DNA of 64,000 nt from Fibrobacteria bacterium (GTDB taxonomy: Bacteria > Fibrobacterota > Fibrobacteria > UBA11236), in contig JBGTHM010000097.1 of the NCBI GenBank assembly GCA_041746255.1, positions 29,302 through 93,301 on the forward strand. Direction: 5' to 3'. Position numbers and translations under genes: made by a program. Numbering within the stretch: position 1 is the first letter of the stretch; every line of letters begins with the position of its first letter. Shown here piece after piece: positions 18,715 to 27,513 of this stretch. The notes under the pieces are model-generated. The model did not search any database. It was not told the origin of the DNA and was given only the letters and a program-made list of their open reading frames with translations.

Positions 18715-20348
18715 TGGGCCTGTTTTTACCCTTGTTGCTGGCTGCCGGAACGGCCTGGAGTTGGAATTCCCAACTGCTGTTACCCGATGGCGGCGGATTC
18801 ACCCGAGCAGTGGTTGAACGGGACAGCCTGGATTTCCGTCTGGCGGATTTCTCCTTTGCCGGATACCGGGCGGGAGAAGATTCCCTTCCCAACCGGAAAC
18901 CGGATATCACCTTGTCCCCGGAGACTGGGGATAATGTCAAACGCATCAACGATGCGATACGCAAGTTAGCCAAGCTTCCGACCGATTCGCGTGGGATAAG
19001 AGGCAAACTCCTTCTCAAAGCGGGTACCTGGGAAATCGGGGATGAAATCCGCATCTTCCATTCCGGCATCATACTGGCCGGTGAAGGCGCGGATAAAACC
19101 TTCCTCTATGTGAATTCCCGGAAATTCGCCCGCAAGGCGGCCATCAGTGTTTCCGGACCCTCCTCAGAGGAATGGAAACGGATCCCGGCGGGAACCCACC
19201 GCGCCAAAATGTTGGAGGATCCGCCCGATCAGGCCACCTTCGTGCGGGTAGAAACCGCCGACACTTTTAAACCCGGACAAATGGTGATTGTTCGACAATG
19301 GCCGTCACGGGAATTCTCGCGCGCGCATGGCGCGGACGGCATCAAATTCTGGCCAGCGAGCCTGGATAATACCGCCATTAAATTTGCCCGGATGATTCGC
19401 GATGTACGCGGAGATACGCTTTTATTTACCGAACCCCTGCGCTATCCCCTCCATGTCCGTTATGGAGCCCATGTCTTTCCCGCGGCCTTCCTTCAGGAAG
19501 TGGGAATCGAGAATTTTTCCATCGGCTTCGCGAAAGGAGATGGCGTGGGAGGAATGGCAAGCACGAACCGCGCGGCGGCGATTTATATGAACGACGTGAT
19601 GAACGGGTGGGTTCGGGGGGTGAAATCTTACCAGCGCGACGAAAACAGCGCTCATTTGCAAAGCTATGGTATCACCTTGCGCGCATGCAAATGGATTACC
19701 GTCCAGGATTGCTCCATGCAAGACCCTCAGAACAAAGGCGTGGGCGGCAACGGATATCTCTATAACCCCGTGACCAGCGACGCAATTCTGTTTCGGCGCT
19801 GCCGAGCTTCTGGAGGAAGGCATAATTTCGCCCTGCACTACAGTTCCAGCGGATGTGTTATCACCGACAGTTATTCCGCCTATTCGCGTTCCGATTTTCA
19901 TCAATTCCTTTCCACCGAAAATCTTTTCGATAACTTCACCCTGGAAGGGGATTCGCTTACTGCCGGTAACCGCGGCGATAAAAGCCAGGGTGCATGGTGG
20001 ACCACCGCCAAGGCGACCCTGTGGAATCTCAAAGGCTCCGGAGCGGTGTACCTGAATTCATGGCATCGAGGCTATTTGATCGGCGTCGCTCCCGGCATTC
20101 GTGTGGGTACCGGTACCCAAAATATTTTGCAGGATTATGGAGATACCTATTTGCCGGAGCTCCAATGGGTCGAACCCGGCCCAGAGGGTGAAGCATTGGA
20201 TCCTCCTTCACTTTACGAATTCCAGCTTAAGGAACGCTTAAGTTCCGGAACCAGGGTTTTCCAAACCGACGCTTTGGTTGAGAGGGAAAATGCAACGCGA
20301 AACCTGGAGCCTCAGGATAGATTGAATATGGAGGATCATTCGCAATGA
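18714..20348 (+). CDS. Secreted right-handed beta-helix (pectin-lyase-like) protein
   Basis: Signal peptide; DFSFAGYRAGE, INDAI, LKAGTW, LAGEG, GGNGYLY, GRHNF, ENLFDN. Confidence 0.75.
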   Translation: MGLFLPLLLAAGTAWSWNSQLLLPDGGGFTRAVVERDSLDFRLADFSFAGYRAGEDSLPNRKPDITLSPETGDNVKRINDAIRKLAKLPTDSRGIRGKLLLKAGTWEIGDEIRIFHSGIILAGEGADKTFLYVNSRKFARKAAISVSGPSSEEWKRIPAGTHRAKMLEDPPDQATFVRVETADTFKPGQMVIVRQWPSREFSRAHGADGIKFWPASLDNTAIKFARMIRDVRGDTLLFTEPLRYPLHVRYGAHVFPAAFLQEVGIENFSIGFAKGDGVGGMASTNRAAAIYMNDVMNGWVRGVKSYQRDENSAHLQSYGITLRACKWITVQDCSMQDPQNKGVGGNGYLYNPVTSDAILFRRCRASGGRHNFALHYSSSGCVITDSYSAYSRSDFHQFLSTENLFDNFTLEGDSLTAGNRGDKSQGAWWTTAKATLWNLKGSGAVYLNSWHRGYLIGVAPGIRVGTGTQNILQDYGDTYLPELQWVEPGPEGEALDPPSLYEFQLKERLSSGTRVFQTDALVERENATRNLEPQDRLNMEDHSQ

Positions 20349-21385
20349 TATCCAAATATTTTTTGTTCGGAATCCTCCTGATGGGAATCGTCTCAGCCGC
20401 CGAAAAGCTGGACGTATCCTTCGACAACCAGAATTTAGGAACTTATACGCGCTCGAAAATGCGCGTTGAATGGGCCGGTGAAAACTGGGACAACGGCCTG
20501 GGGGAAGGGCGCGGCCGCATCGTAGATGGCGCAAACGCCTATGCCGGCAAAGCGCTGGAAGTCCGCTACCTGGGTGGAAAATTCGGACCCGAAGCGGGTG
20601 TGCAATTCCAGGGGAATTTCACGGCAACAGACGCCGCCACCCTGGAATACCGCGTCAAATTTCCGGCGGGTTTCAAATGGACCAAAGGCGGAAAACTTCC
20701 CGGTTTATGCGGTGGGACTTGCAGCACGGGAGACGAGAATCCAACCGGGGCCAACGGCTGGAGCGCGCGTTATATGTGGAGAGAGAACGGGCAGGCTATC
20801 CTTTATCTTTATCACATGAATTGGACCAACCACGGAGACCAACTCGATCTGAAGCTTTCCGGCGCGAATGTGCGATTCGAGACCGGCCGCTGGCATCATC
20901 TCAAGCAATCCATTAAAATGAACACCCCGGACAAAAGAGACGGCCAAATCATTGTCTGGCTGGATGGTAAAGAGGTGTTACGCACAGCTTTCGTGAAGTT
21001 TCGCTCCGTCCCAACCTTGAAAATCAACAAGGTCTACTTTTCCACCTTCTTCGGAGGCAGCGATAACTCCTGGTCTCCTTCATCGGAACAAATCGCTTAT
21101 TTCGACGACTTTCATATCTATCCCGACAAGCCTTCCAGTGGCCTGGCATTCCAAGCCACCCAAAACGGATTGATCCGCTCCGCAACTCCCGGATGGACCC
21201 GCCTGACCGCCCCATCCCCAGTCGGCACCTGGATTCTTTCGGACTCCCGAGGAAAAACTTTTGGGCGGTACGATGGAGAAGTGCTTTCCCAAGGGAAATG
21301 GATCTCCATGACTCCGGGAAACTATTATTGGCTATGGCATGAAAACAACGCGACGAATCCTGTCAGGACGGTCCCCCACCGTTAA
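20345..21385 (+). CDS. PL14-family polysaccharide lyase with C-terminal sorting-type domain
   Basis: YRVKFPAGFKWTKGGKLPGL, GWSARYMWR, GRWHHL, MNTP, FSTFFGGS; signal peptide. Confidence 0.87.
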   Translation: MISKYFLFGILLMGIVSAAEKLDVSFDNQNLGTYTRSKMRVEWAGENWDNGLGEGRGRIVDGANAYAGKALEVRYLGGKFGPEAGVQFQGNFTATDAATLEYRVKFPAGFKWTKGGKLPGLCGGTCSTGDENPTGANGWSARYMWRENGQAILYLYHMNWTNHGDQLDLKLSGANVRFETGRWHHLKQSIKMNTPDKRDGQIIVWLDGKEVLRTAFVKFRSVPTLKINKVYFSTFFGGSDNSWSPSSEQIAYFDDFHIYPDKPSSGLAFQATQNGLIRSATPGWTRLTAPSPVGTWILSDSRGKTFGRYDGEVLSQGKWISMTPGNYYWLWHENNATNPVRTVPHR

Positions 21386-21416
21386 AGCCGATTCCCCAAC
21401 TCGGGAAGGAGAACTC

Positions 21417-23111
21417 GTGATCCGGCCCACCCAAGCTGAAAAAATCGCACAAGTGCTCGAACGGAGAATCCAGGACGATTCCAGTCCCGTTCTGCCGCCC
21501 ATGCGAACTTTAGCCCAAGAATACCGGGTTTCCTTGAATACCGTTCACAAAGCCGTTGCCCGTCTGAAAAGCCTGGGAATGGTGGAGGTCTACCAGGGCG
21601 GGAAAATCCGGATTCAGGGTCGACATAGCAGCGCCGAATTAGAGTGGCGTCCCAAACCCACTTCTCGCGAATTCATCTATCAATTCGTTCGTGATCGGAT
21701 TTGCAGTGGAGTCTATCCCATCGGCAAACCTCTGCCCAAGGTGGCTTATCTGGCTTCCAGTCAAAATCTTTCGCACCATGCCGTTACGGCTTCTTATCGT
21801 CGTCTGGAAACCGAAAATCTGGCGCGTAAAGAAGGCCGGCTCTGGATGGCCGGTCCGCGACCGCCCAAAGTGGAAGCGGAATTTCTGAGGCAACCCGTAA
21901 TTGTGCTGCTACAATCCCATGAGGATTTTTGGATTCACACGGCTCAGCGCCCGTTTTTCGAATCCTTCTGCCGCAGTTTTCAGGCCGAAATGGAAGCCGC
22001 CGGCGTGCAATTGATGCCCGCATTGTTTTCCGAACGCGGAGAAGCGGGAGGAGGCCTTCCGGCAGGACAGATTGCCGTATTCACTTTGATTCGCTCCTTG
22101 GGGACACGCTATCGGGGCGCTTTGATTCTCAATGCCGCCAAAGAGGTGAGGGACTTGGAAAAGTGGGTACAAGGGCTCTCCCGGTTCAATCGACCGGTAA
22201 TCTGGTTCGACCGCCTTAAAGAAAACCCCAAATTCCGTACCCGCTCCAGCCAATTTACCCGCTGCCATAGCGCCGAGGATCGCGCCGTGGATCAGGTGGT
22301 CACCTTCCTTACCGGCCTGGGGCACCGCCACATGGCGTATGCCGCATTGAGTCGGGAAAAATGGGCCGCTTATCGCGGAGACCTTATCCGGCAGGTTTTG
22401 CGGGAGAGGGTTCCCGGCGGTGAATTGCACCTGGCGGAAAAAGATTCCCGAATTTTTCTGGAAGGGCCGATGCCGCAAAGAATGGCCGCCTTGAAGGCCG
22501 TATCGGAATCGGAAACCGTTCCGGCCGCGGTCCGGAAAGCCATTCGTTTGCTGGCCAAGCTCAAAGATGAGAACGGTGAAAAACTGCCGTGGAAAATCCG
22601 TACGGCCTACAGCGAAGACCCTTGGCAAGGGGTGGCGGCGTTACTGGAAGAAATTGAAGCCGACCCCCATCGCGTACCCCCCCTGCTGGAACTGTTTCCT
22701 TCTTACCGCAACCTGCCCTGGCTGGTGATGCTCTATCCCTTGCTGAGATCCATTTTGGAAAACCCCCTTATTACAGCCATAATCGCACCCAATGACTTTC
22801 TCGGCCATAAACTCAACTACTGCTTAAAAGCCATGGGTATCGCGGTACCCCAGAAAATCTCCCTGATTTCCTTCGACAATCAATGGTTCCTGCAAAGCCT
22901 GCCGGTGACCACGGTGGATTTCGGCTATTCCTATCTCGGGTTCGCGGCTTTCCACCAAATCGCCCAGGATATCGACTTGAAAGTGATTGACGGCAATATT
23001 CCGGCCCAACCCCGGATCATGCACCGGGGATCGGTGGCGGCACCCTCCAAGTTTTACCCGGATCCGGTTGAAATATCAGCCTCCCGGAGAGAGTCCAAAC
23101 AAAGGAGATGA
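21417..23111 (+). CDS. Transcriptional regulator with two GntR wHTH domains and a LacI-type sensor domain
   Basis: LPPMRTLAQEYRVSLNTVHKA and GVYPIGKPLPKVAYLA...HAVTASYRRL; GHRHMAY, TAIIAPND, VPQKISLISFDN, TTVDF. GTG start after AGGAGA. Confidence 0.85.
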   Translation: MIRPTQAEKIAQVLERRIQDDSSPVLPPMRTLAQEYRVSLNTVHKAVARLKSLGMVEVYQGGKIRIQGRHSSAELEWRPKPTSREFIYQFVRDRICSGVYPIGKPLPKVAYLASSQNLSHHAVTASYRRLETENLARKEGRLWMAGPRPPKVEAEFLRQPVIVLLQSHEDFWIHTAQRPFFESFCRSFQAEMEAAGVQLMPALFSERGEAGGGLPAGQIAVFTLIRSLGTRYRGALILNAAKEVRDLEKWVQGLSRFNRPVIWFDRLKENPKFRTRSSQFTRCHSAEDRAVDQVVTFLTGLGHRHMAYAALSREKWAAYRGDLIRQVLRERVPGGELHLAEKDSRIFLEGPMPQRMAALKAVSESETVPAAVRKAIRLLAKLKDENGEKLPWKIRTAYSEDPWQGVAALLEEIEADPHRVPPLLELFPSYRNLPWLVMLYPLLRSILENPLITAIIAPNDFLGHKLNYCLKAMGIAVPQKISLISFDNQWFLQSLPVTTVDFGYSYLGFAAFHQIAQDIDLKVIDGNIPAQPRIMHRGSVAAPSKFYPDPVEISASRRESKQRR

Positions 23112-23320
23112 CATCCCCTTGATATCCTTGCCCACCAGGCCTCAGTCCCGCAGCGAACTTCGCTGGTGTTGGGAATCCCACCTCCCTGGCGCGCCATTAT
23201 TCCGGGCGAAAATCCTCTTTAGAAATTACCCGTATTTGAGTCTATCGTTTAAGGAATTAATCGCTTGCACGCAAAAACCGGCAACTGAATAGTATGCATC
23301 CGTATAGTTTAACTTTTAGC

Positions 23321-24217
23321 ATGGATACCCAGAAATCAGCTGGCCCGGAGGGTGAACCTCCCGGGTCGGATTCCCCCAAACTTTCCCTGTTCGGCTATAC
23401 CGATTTCCGCGCTTTCCTGAAAGAGTGGTATCGGTTACGCAAAGAAAAAGATCCGAAATTTTCTTATCGTAAACTGGCCGGGCTGGTGGGATTCAAGTCA
23501 GCCGGACATTTCAGTCTCATCCTTGGCGGCAAAGCCAATCTATCCCTGAGACTGCTGGATCGGTTTGTACGCATTCTGGAAATGAACCAAAAGGAAACCG
23601 ACTATTTCCAGGCTTTGGTTCTGTATAATCAAGCCAAGGGATTCGACGAAAAAAAACGCCAATTCGAGCGAATGCGTTCCTTTCAGGAGTTCCGGCTACA
23701 GGTTATCGAACCGGCTCAATACGAATTTTTCGCGAAGTGGCATCATTCCGCCGTGAGGGAGGCTCTGGCTATCATCCCATTCCGGGACGATTATGCTGCG
23801 CTCGCGCGGATGATTGAGCCCTCCATCACACCCGAAGAGGCGAGCAAATCCGTAGCGTTGCTTTGCCGTTTGGGGATGGTGGTACGCAATGCGCAAGGCG
23901 TGCACCGGAGGGTGGAGCCGCTGCTCTCCTCGGGGCCAGATGCGCCTGCGGTAACCGTCAATGAATTCCTCGACCAATCCCTGGAATTGGCCCGTAACGC
24001 TCTGGCCAGAATGTCCCGGGAAGAACGCATGTTATCCGCTACCACTTTATCGATTTCTTCACAAACCTTCGGGATTATCCGCGAGGAAATCCGGACGCTT
24101 CGGAAACGCATTCTGAATCTGGCGAAAAAGGACGAAAGTCCTGATCGGGTCTACCAGATACAGCTTCATGCTTTTCCGCTTTCACAGCGTTTCGTGCCGA
24201 AAGGAAAAAACTTATGA
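23321..24217 (+). CDS. TIGR02147 family protein
   Basis: LFGYTDFRAFLKEWY...FSYRKLAGLVGFKS...GKANLS...YFQALVLYNQA...WHHSAVRE...VYQIQLHAFPLS. Confidence 0.9.
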   Translation: MDTQKSAGPEGEPPGSDSPKLSLFGYTDFRAFLKEWYRLRKEKDPKFSYRKLAGLVGFKSAGHFSLILGGKANLSLRLLDRFVRILEMNQKETDYFQALVLYNQAKGFDEKKRQFERMRSFQEFRLQVIEPAQYEFFAKWHHSAVREALAIIPFRDDYAALARMIEPSITPEEASKSVALLCRLGMVVRNAQGVHRRVEPLLSSGPDAPAVTVNEFLDQSLELARNALARMSREERMLSATTLSISSQTFGIIREEIRTLRKRILNLAKKDESPDRVYQIQLHAFPLSQRFVPKGKNL

Positions 24218-25515
24218 GCATATGGATGAAATTTCTGACGGCGATTTTTTCCACCGGGTTTTTCTTCGCCGGTTGTCAACCGGAGCGGCTTGCCGGAGGC
24301 GGAGGCAGTGAAGTCGAAGGCATTACAGTGGAAGGAGTCGCGTATTATCCTACGGGTATGCCCGCAAGCTCGGCTCGGGTCCGCATCCGACCTTGGGATT
24401 ACCTACCCTTGGATTCGGATACGACCCTAGGAGCGGGCGAATGGCGCTTTGACCTGGCAACCGACTCATCGGGACGTTTCCGTGCGGATGGTTTAGTACC
24501 CGGCGAATACCTTCTGGAAGTAGACGATGGTTTGGACTGGGGGATGGTCGGCAACATCCGGGACGAAGACCTCGATGGTGTGGTTCGCATTTCCGCCGAA
24601 ATGAAACCCCATGGATCGGTTTACGGAAGGGTGACCGATTCTACAGGTGATGGAATCGCCGGCGCCTGGGTAGCCGTCTATGGCCTGGAGCGGGCTACCG
24701 AAACCGATGGGAACGGGTTTTATCAACTGCAATCCCTACCCGCCGGCAATCTGAACCTGCGCGCGATTGCAGCTGAAGCGGGGCTGGCTTCCCGCGAAAA
24801 ATCCGGCGTAAAGGTCGAGCCGGAGAAAGCGACCCAAACCAATTTCGTCGTGGAGCGTAGTCTGACCAACGGTTTGATCGGGCATTGGACATTCGACGGA
24901 GGCGATGGTCCGCTGGCAGCGGAAGCCCATGGAAGCACTGCACGCGTGGATTTGAAAAGGTCCAATTGGGGGCCGGGGGTGATGGGCGCAGCGCTTGACC
25001 TGACCGGGCAATCCACGGTGTATGTCCCCGAATCCAAATCGGCGATGTTCGCAATCGACAAAGACTCCGATTTTTCCGTATCCCTCTGGTTCCGCACCAG
25101 CGGGGACTCCGGGGCAGCGAAGCGAACCGTATTGATAGACTCCCGATCCCAACGCTGCCCATCAGGCTATGGGTTACGCTTGTTGGCTAACGGGACGGTG
25201 GAATTCGTGGTACGGGGACTGGACCAAGCAAAAATATGGAAGTTGCGCAGTCCCGAAGGGCTGACCGACGGAAGTTGGCATCATGTGACGGGAATGAAAG
25301 TAGCCGATTCCCTGAAATTATGGGTGGATGGAATTCCGGTCGCCACGGGACCCGGTTCCACCGGAAAGCTGGCGACGGGGAATCGCTTGCATTTTGGCAA
25401 CCAGGAGGGTCTCACCGAATTTTTCATGGGTTCCCTGGACGAAATTAGAATCTACAACCGGGCATTAACCAAAAGGGAAATAATGGAATTGGCGGTGCTA
25501 CCCAAAAGCAAATAA
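24214..25515 (+). CDS. Surface lipoprotein: carboxypeptidase-regulatory-like domains plus LamG/concanavalin domain
   Basis: FFFAGC-QPERLAGGGGSE lipobox; TDSSGRF, ETDGNGFY; GLIGHWTFD, DFSVSLWF, WHHV, GSLDEIRIYNRAL; ATGA overlap with TIGR02147. Confidence 0.85.
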   Translation: MSIWMKFLTAIFSTGFFFAGCQPERLAGGGGSEVEGITVEGVAYYPTGMPASSARVRIRPWDYLPLDSDTTLGAGEWRFDLATDSSGRFRADGLVPGEYLLEVDDGLDWGMVGNIRDEDLDGVVRISAEMKPHGSVYGRVTDSTGDGIAGAWVAVYGLERATETDGNGFYQLQSLPAGNLNLRAIAAEAGLASREKSGVKVEPEKATQTNFVVERSLTNGLIGHWTFDGGDGPLAAEAHGSTARVDLKRSNWGPGVMGAALDLTGQSTVYVPESKSAMFAIDKDSDFSVSLWFRTSGDSGAAKRTVLIDSRSQRCPSGYGLRLLANGTVEFVVRGLDQAKIWKLRSPEGLTDGSWHHVTGMKVADSLKLWVDGIPVATGPGSTGKLATGNRLHFGNQEGLTEFFMGSLDEIRIYNRALTKREIMELAVLPKSK

Positions 25516-25537
25516 CCGTCCACACGCTCAGTTCGCA

Positions 25538-26932
25538 TCAACCTTTTGCGCGTTCGCGCCAATCCGGCCCCAGAAGTTCGCGCATTTTGTCATCTATCTG
25601 GTAACCCAGATAATACGCATCGTCCGGACGGGCTACGCGTAACAATCCTTCCCCCGCGTAAGCCAGCGTCGAGTGCTTCCGCTCTTCAGGCTTCATTCCC
25701 TCGCCGACGGCCACGGCCTTGCGGCCGCCTTCCAGCGCCTTAGGCCACTGTTTCGTCCTCTCATATCCATAGGCGGCCATGCGCCAGCATTCCAGCAGCA
25801 TCAAAGCATCGCCGGCGCTTTCCGCAATCGGCGCGGTCTCCTCGTAGAGCAGCGCCGCCTCGGCCCATCGCTCTTGCTCTACCATTACCGCCGCCTGACC
25901 GAAGCGCGCCTGCACCTGGAATTTTTCCGCGCTCTCGGCCATATCGTTGCCTTCACTCGTCTTCAACTTCAGCGCCGACTTCTCCGCCTCGACGTATCCT
26001 CGATAGGCTTTCTCCCCTTGCTGCTTGCCGAAATAAGCGGCGCTTAAAGCCAGCCATACCCCGAATTCCAATTGCGGCCAATTCTGCGCCTGCGTCAATG
26101 CCAAAGCCTTGTCTCCCAATGCCTGGGTTTTCGGTAAATCGCCTTCCCCCGCAGCCGCCGTCATGGCCGTGAACAGTTTTCGGAATTCATCTCCGGGTCC
26201 CTCTCCTTCTACCGCCTCGGCGGCTTCCTGTGCCGCCCCTTTCATGTCGAGATTCAACGGCACAAACCCCAATTTGGACGAACCCGTGGCCGCAAGCCAA
26301 TCCAATGTGGGTGATTGCAGAGAGTCCACCACCACAACCCTTACCCCTTCCGGTAGCGTGTCTTTTTCCACCAAGTGGAACAACCACCGCTGCCAGGCGT
26401 CCCCATCGGCGACATCGACCGGAGTCAATAGAAACACGACATGTTGAAACCCTTGTGAGTGATGCGCTAAAAAAGATTCGGCGACTCGAACCAGGTATTT
26501 CCGATCGGATTCATCCGGGAGAGCCTGAGGACACATCCAATCAAACTCCATACCCGCATAGGCCTCCATCTCATTTTGCAGGGCTGCTTTATCCTCCGGT
26601 TTTACACTGTCGTCTTCGACGGATTCTGCGGCCTTAATCCGATCCGCTTCCACTCCCGCTTTAACCTCCTGGTATTGCGCTTCGATTTCCTGAACCAAAG
26701 CGAATCCATGGGTTTTGGGATCGGAAAACGCGGCGTCCAAACGGAAAAACATTTCCGGGGTTTCACTGGTTTCCAAGGATTCGGCCTGCTCGAAAACCTC
26801 CACCATGCGCAACTCTTCGGCCGTTCCCTGCCAGCATAATAAGCGAGGCTCAGGGTCGGAAATAAAGGCATCCCATTGCTCGACCATCCGTTCCAGGCGT
26901 TTTTCGATGGGATTGGGCGCGGCAGTACTCAT
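25538..26932 (-). CDS. Hypothetical protein with C-terminal TPR-like helical repeats
   Basis: Long acidic ORF, no signal peptide; NPIEKRLERMVEQW...RLLCW N-terminus and Ala-rich helical pairs. Confidence 0.7.
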   Translation of the reverse strand: MSTAAPNPIEKRLERMVEQWDAFISDPEPRLLCWQGTAEELRMVEVFEQAESLETSETPEMFFRLDAAFSDPKTHGFALVQEIEAQYQEVKAGVEADRIKAAESVEDDSVKPEDKAALQNEMEAYAGMEFDWMCPQALPDESDRKYLVRVAESFLAHHSQGFQHVVFLLTPVDVADGDAWQRWLFHLVEKDTLPEGVRVVVVDSLQSPTLDWLAATGSSKLGFVPLNLDMKGAAQEAAEAVEGEGPGDEFRKLFTAMTAAAGEGDLPKTQALGDKALALTQAQNWPQLEFGVWLALSAAYFGKQQGEKAYRGYVEAEKSALKLKTSEGNDMAESAEKFQVQARFGQAAVMVEQERWAEAALLYEETAPIAESAGDALMLLECWRMAAYGYERTKQWPKALEGGRKAVAVGEGMKPEERKHSTLAYAGEGLLRVARPDDAYYLGYQIDDKMRELLGPDWRERAKG

Positions 26933-27075
26933 AGGTCAAATTTAATCAATCCCCGACCGGTTTCGTGTGATTGCCGTCAATCCCTCATACCCCGCACCAG
27001 AGTGTATTTTTCGGGACGAAAGGCTGGGCTTCGCGGGCGCGGGGCTGGCCCTGAACTCCAACCTGGGATACTCGC

Positions 27076-27513
27076 ATGTCTTTCTTAACCTCGAATTCCG
27101 TTAAATACGTGGGTGCGATTTTGGCCATGGTCTGGGCGGTGATCTACCTGGCCAATAGGAACGGCTCCGATCAATTTGAGCCCGGCCCGGAAATCCATGA
27201 CCAGGGCCACATTACGCGGATTTATGGTTTTGAGCCCAGCACAAAAAAAAGAGTCAACCTGCTTTCCACCGGCCTGCATACTCTTAGAATCCGCTCTATC
27301 GAATCAAGAGGAGGCATCGCTTACGAGATCGCTGCGAAAAATTATCCGGAAACCCTGGTTTATAAAGTCGACTCGTCAACCGCCCCTGCCTTAGCAGTAG
27401 GTGATAAGGTCGACTTGGTGCATATGGATATCCCGATGGGTTACCGGGAGCGGGAAGTCATGGTATTGTACATCCAAAAACAGGAGGCGGCCCCGGAAGA
27501 CCCAGGGCCCTAG
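27076..27513 (+). CDS. Hypothetical membrane-anchored protein
   Basis: One N-terminal hydrophobic helix; fills the gap between flanking genes. Confidence 0.55.
   Translation: MSFLTSNSVKYVGAILAMVWAVIYLANRNGSDQFEPGPEIHDQGHITRIYGFEPSTKKRVNLLSTGLHTLRIRSIESRGGIAYEIAAKNYPETLVYKVDSSTAPALAVGDKVDLVHMDIPMGYREREVMVLYIQKQEAAPEDPGP

Noticed and set aside
23150..23166. CAGCGAA-C-TTCGCTG inverted repeat after the GntR gene as a terminator
   Set aside because: No U-tract and a short stem; not enough support.
6988..23296. Shared 10-mer GAATAGTATG at 6988 and 23287 as a TIGR02147 operator
   Set aside because: Only two copies, in opposite orientation relative to their genes, and absent upstream of the first TIGR02147. 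Compatible with chance.
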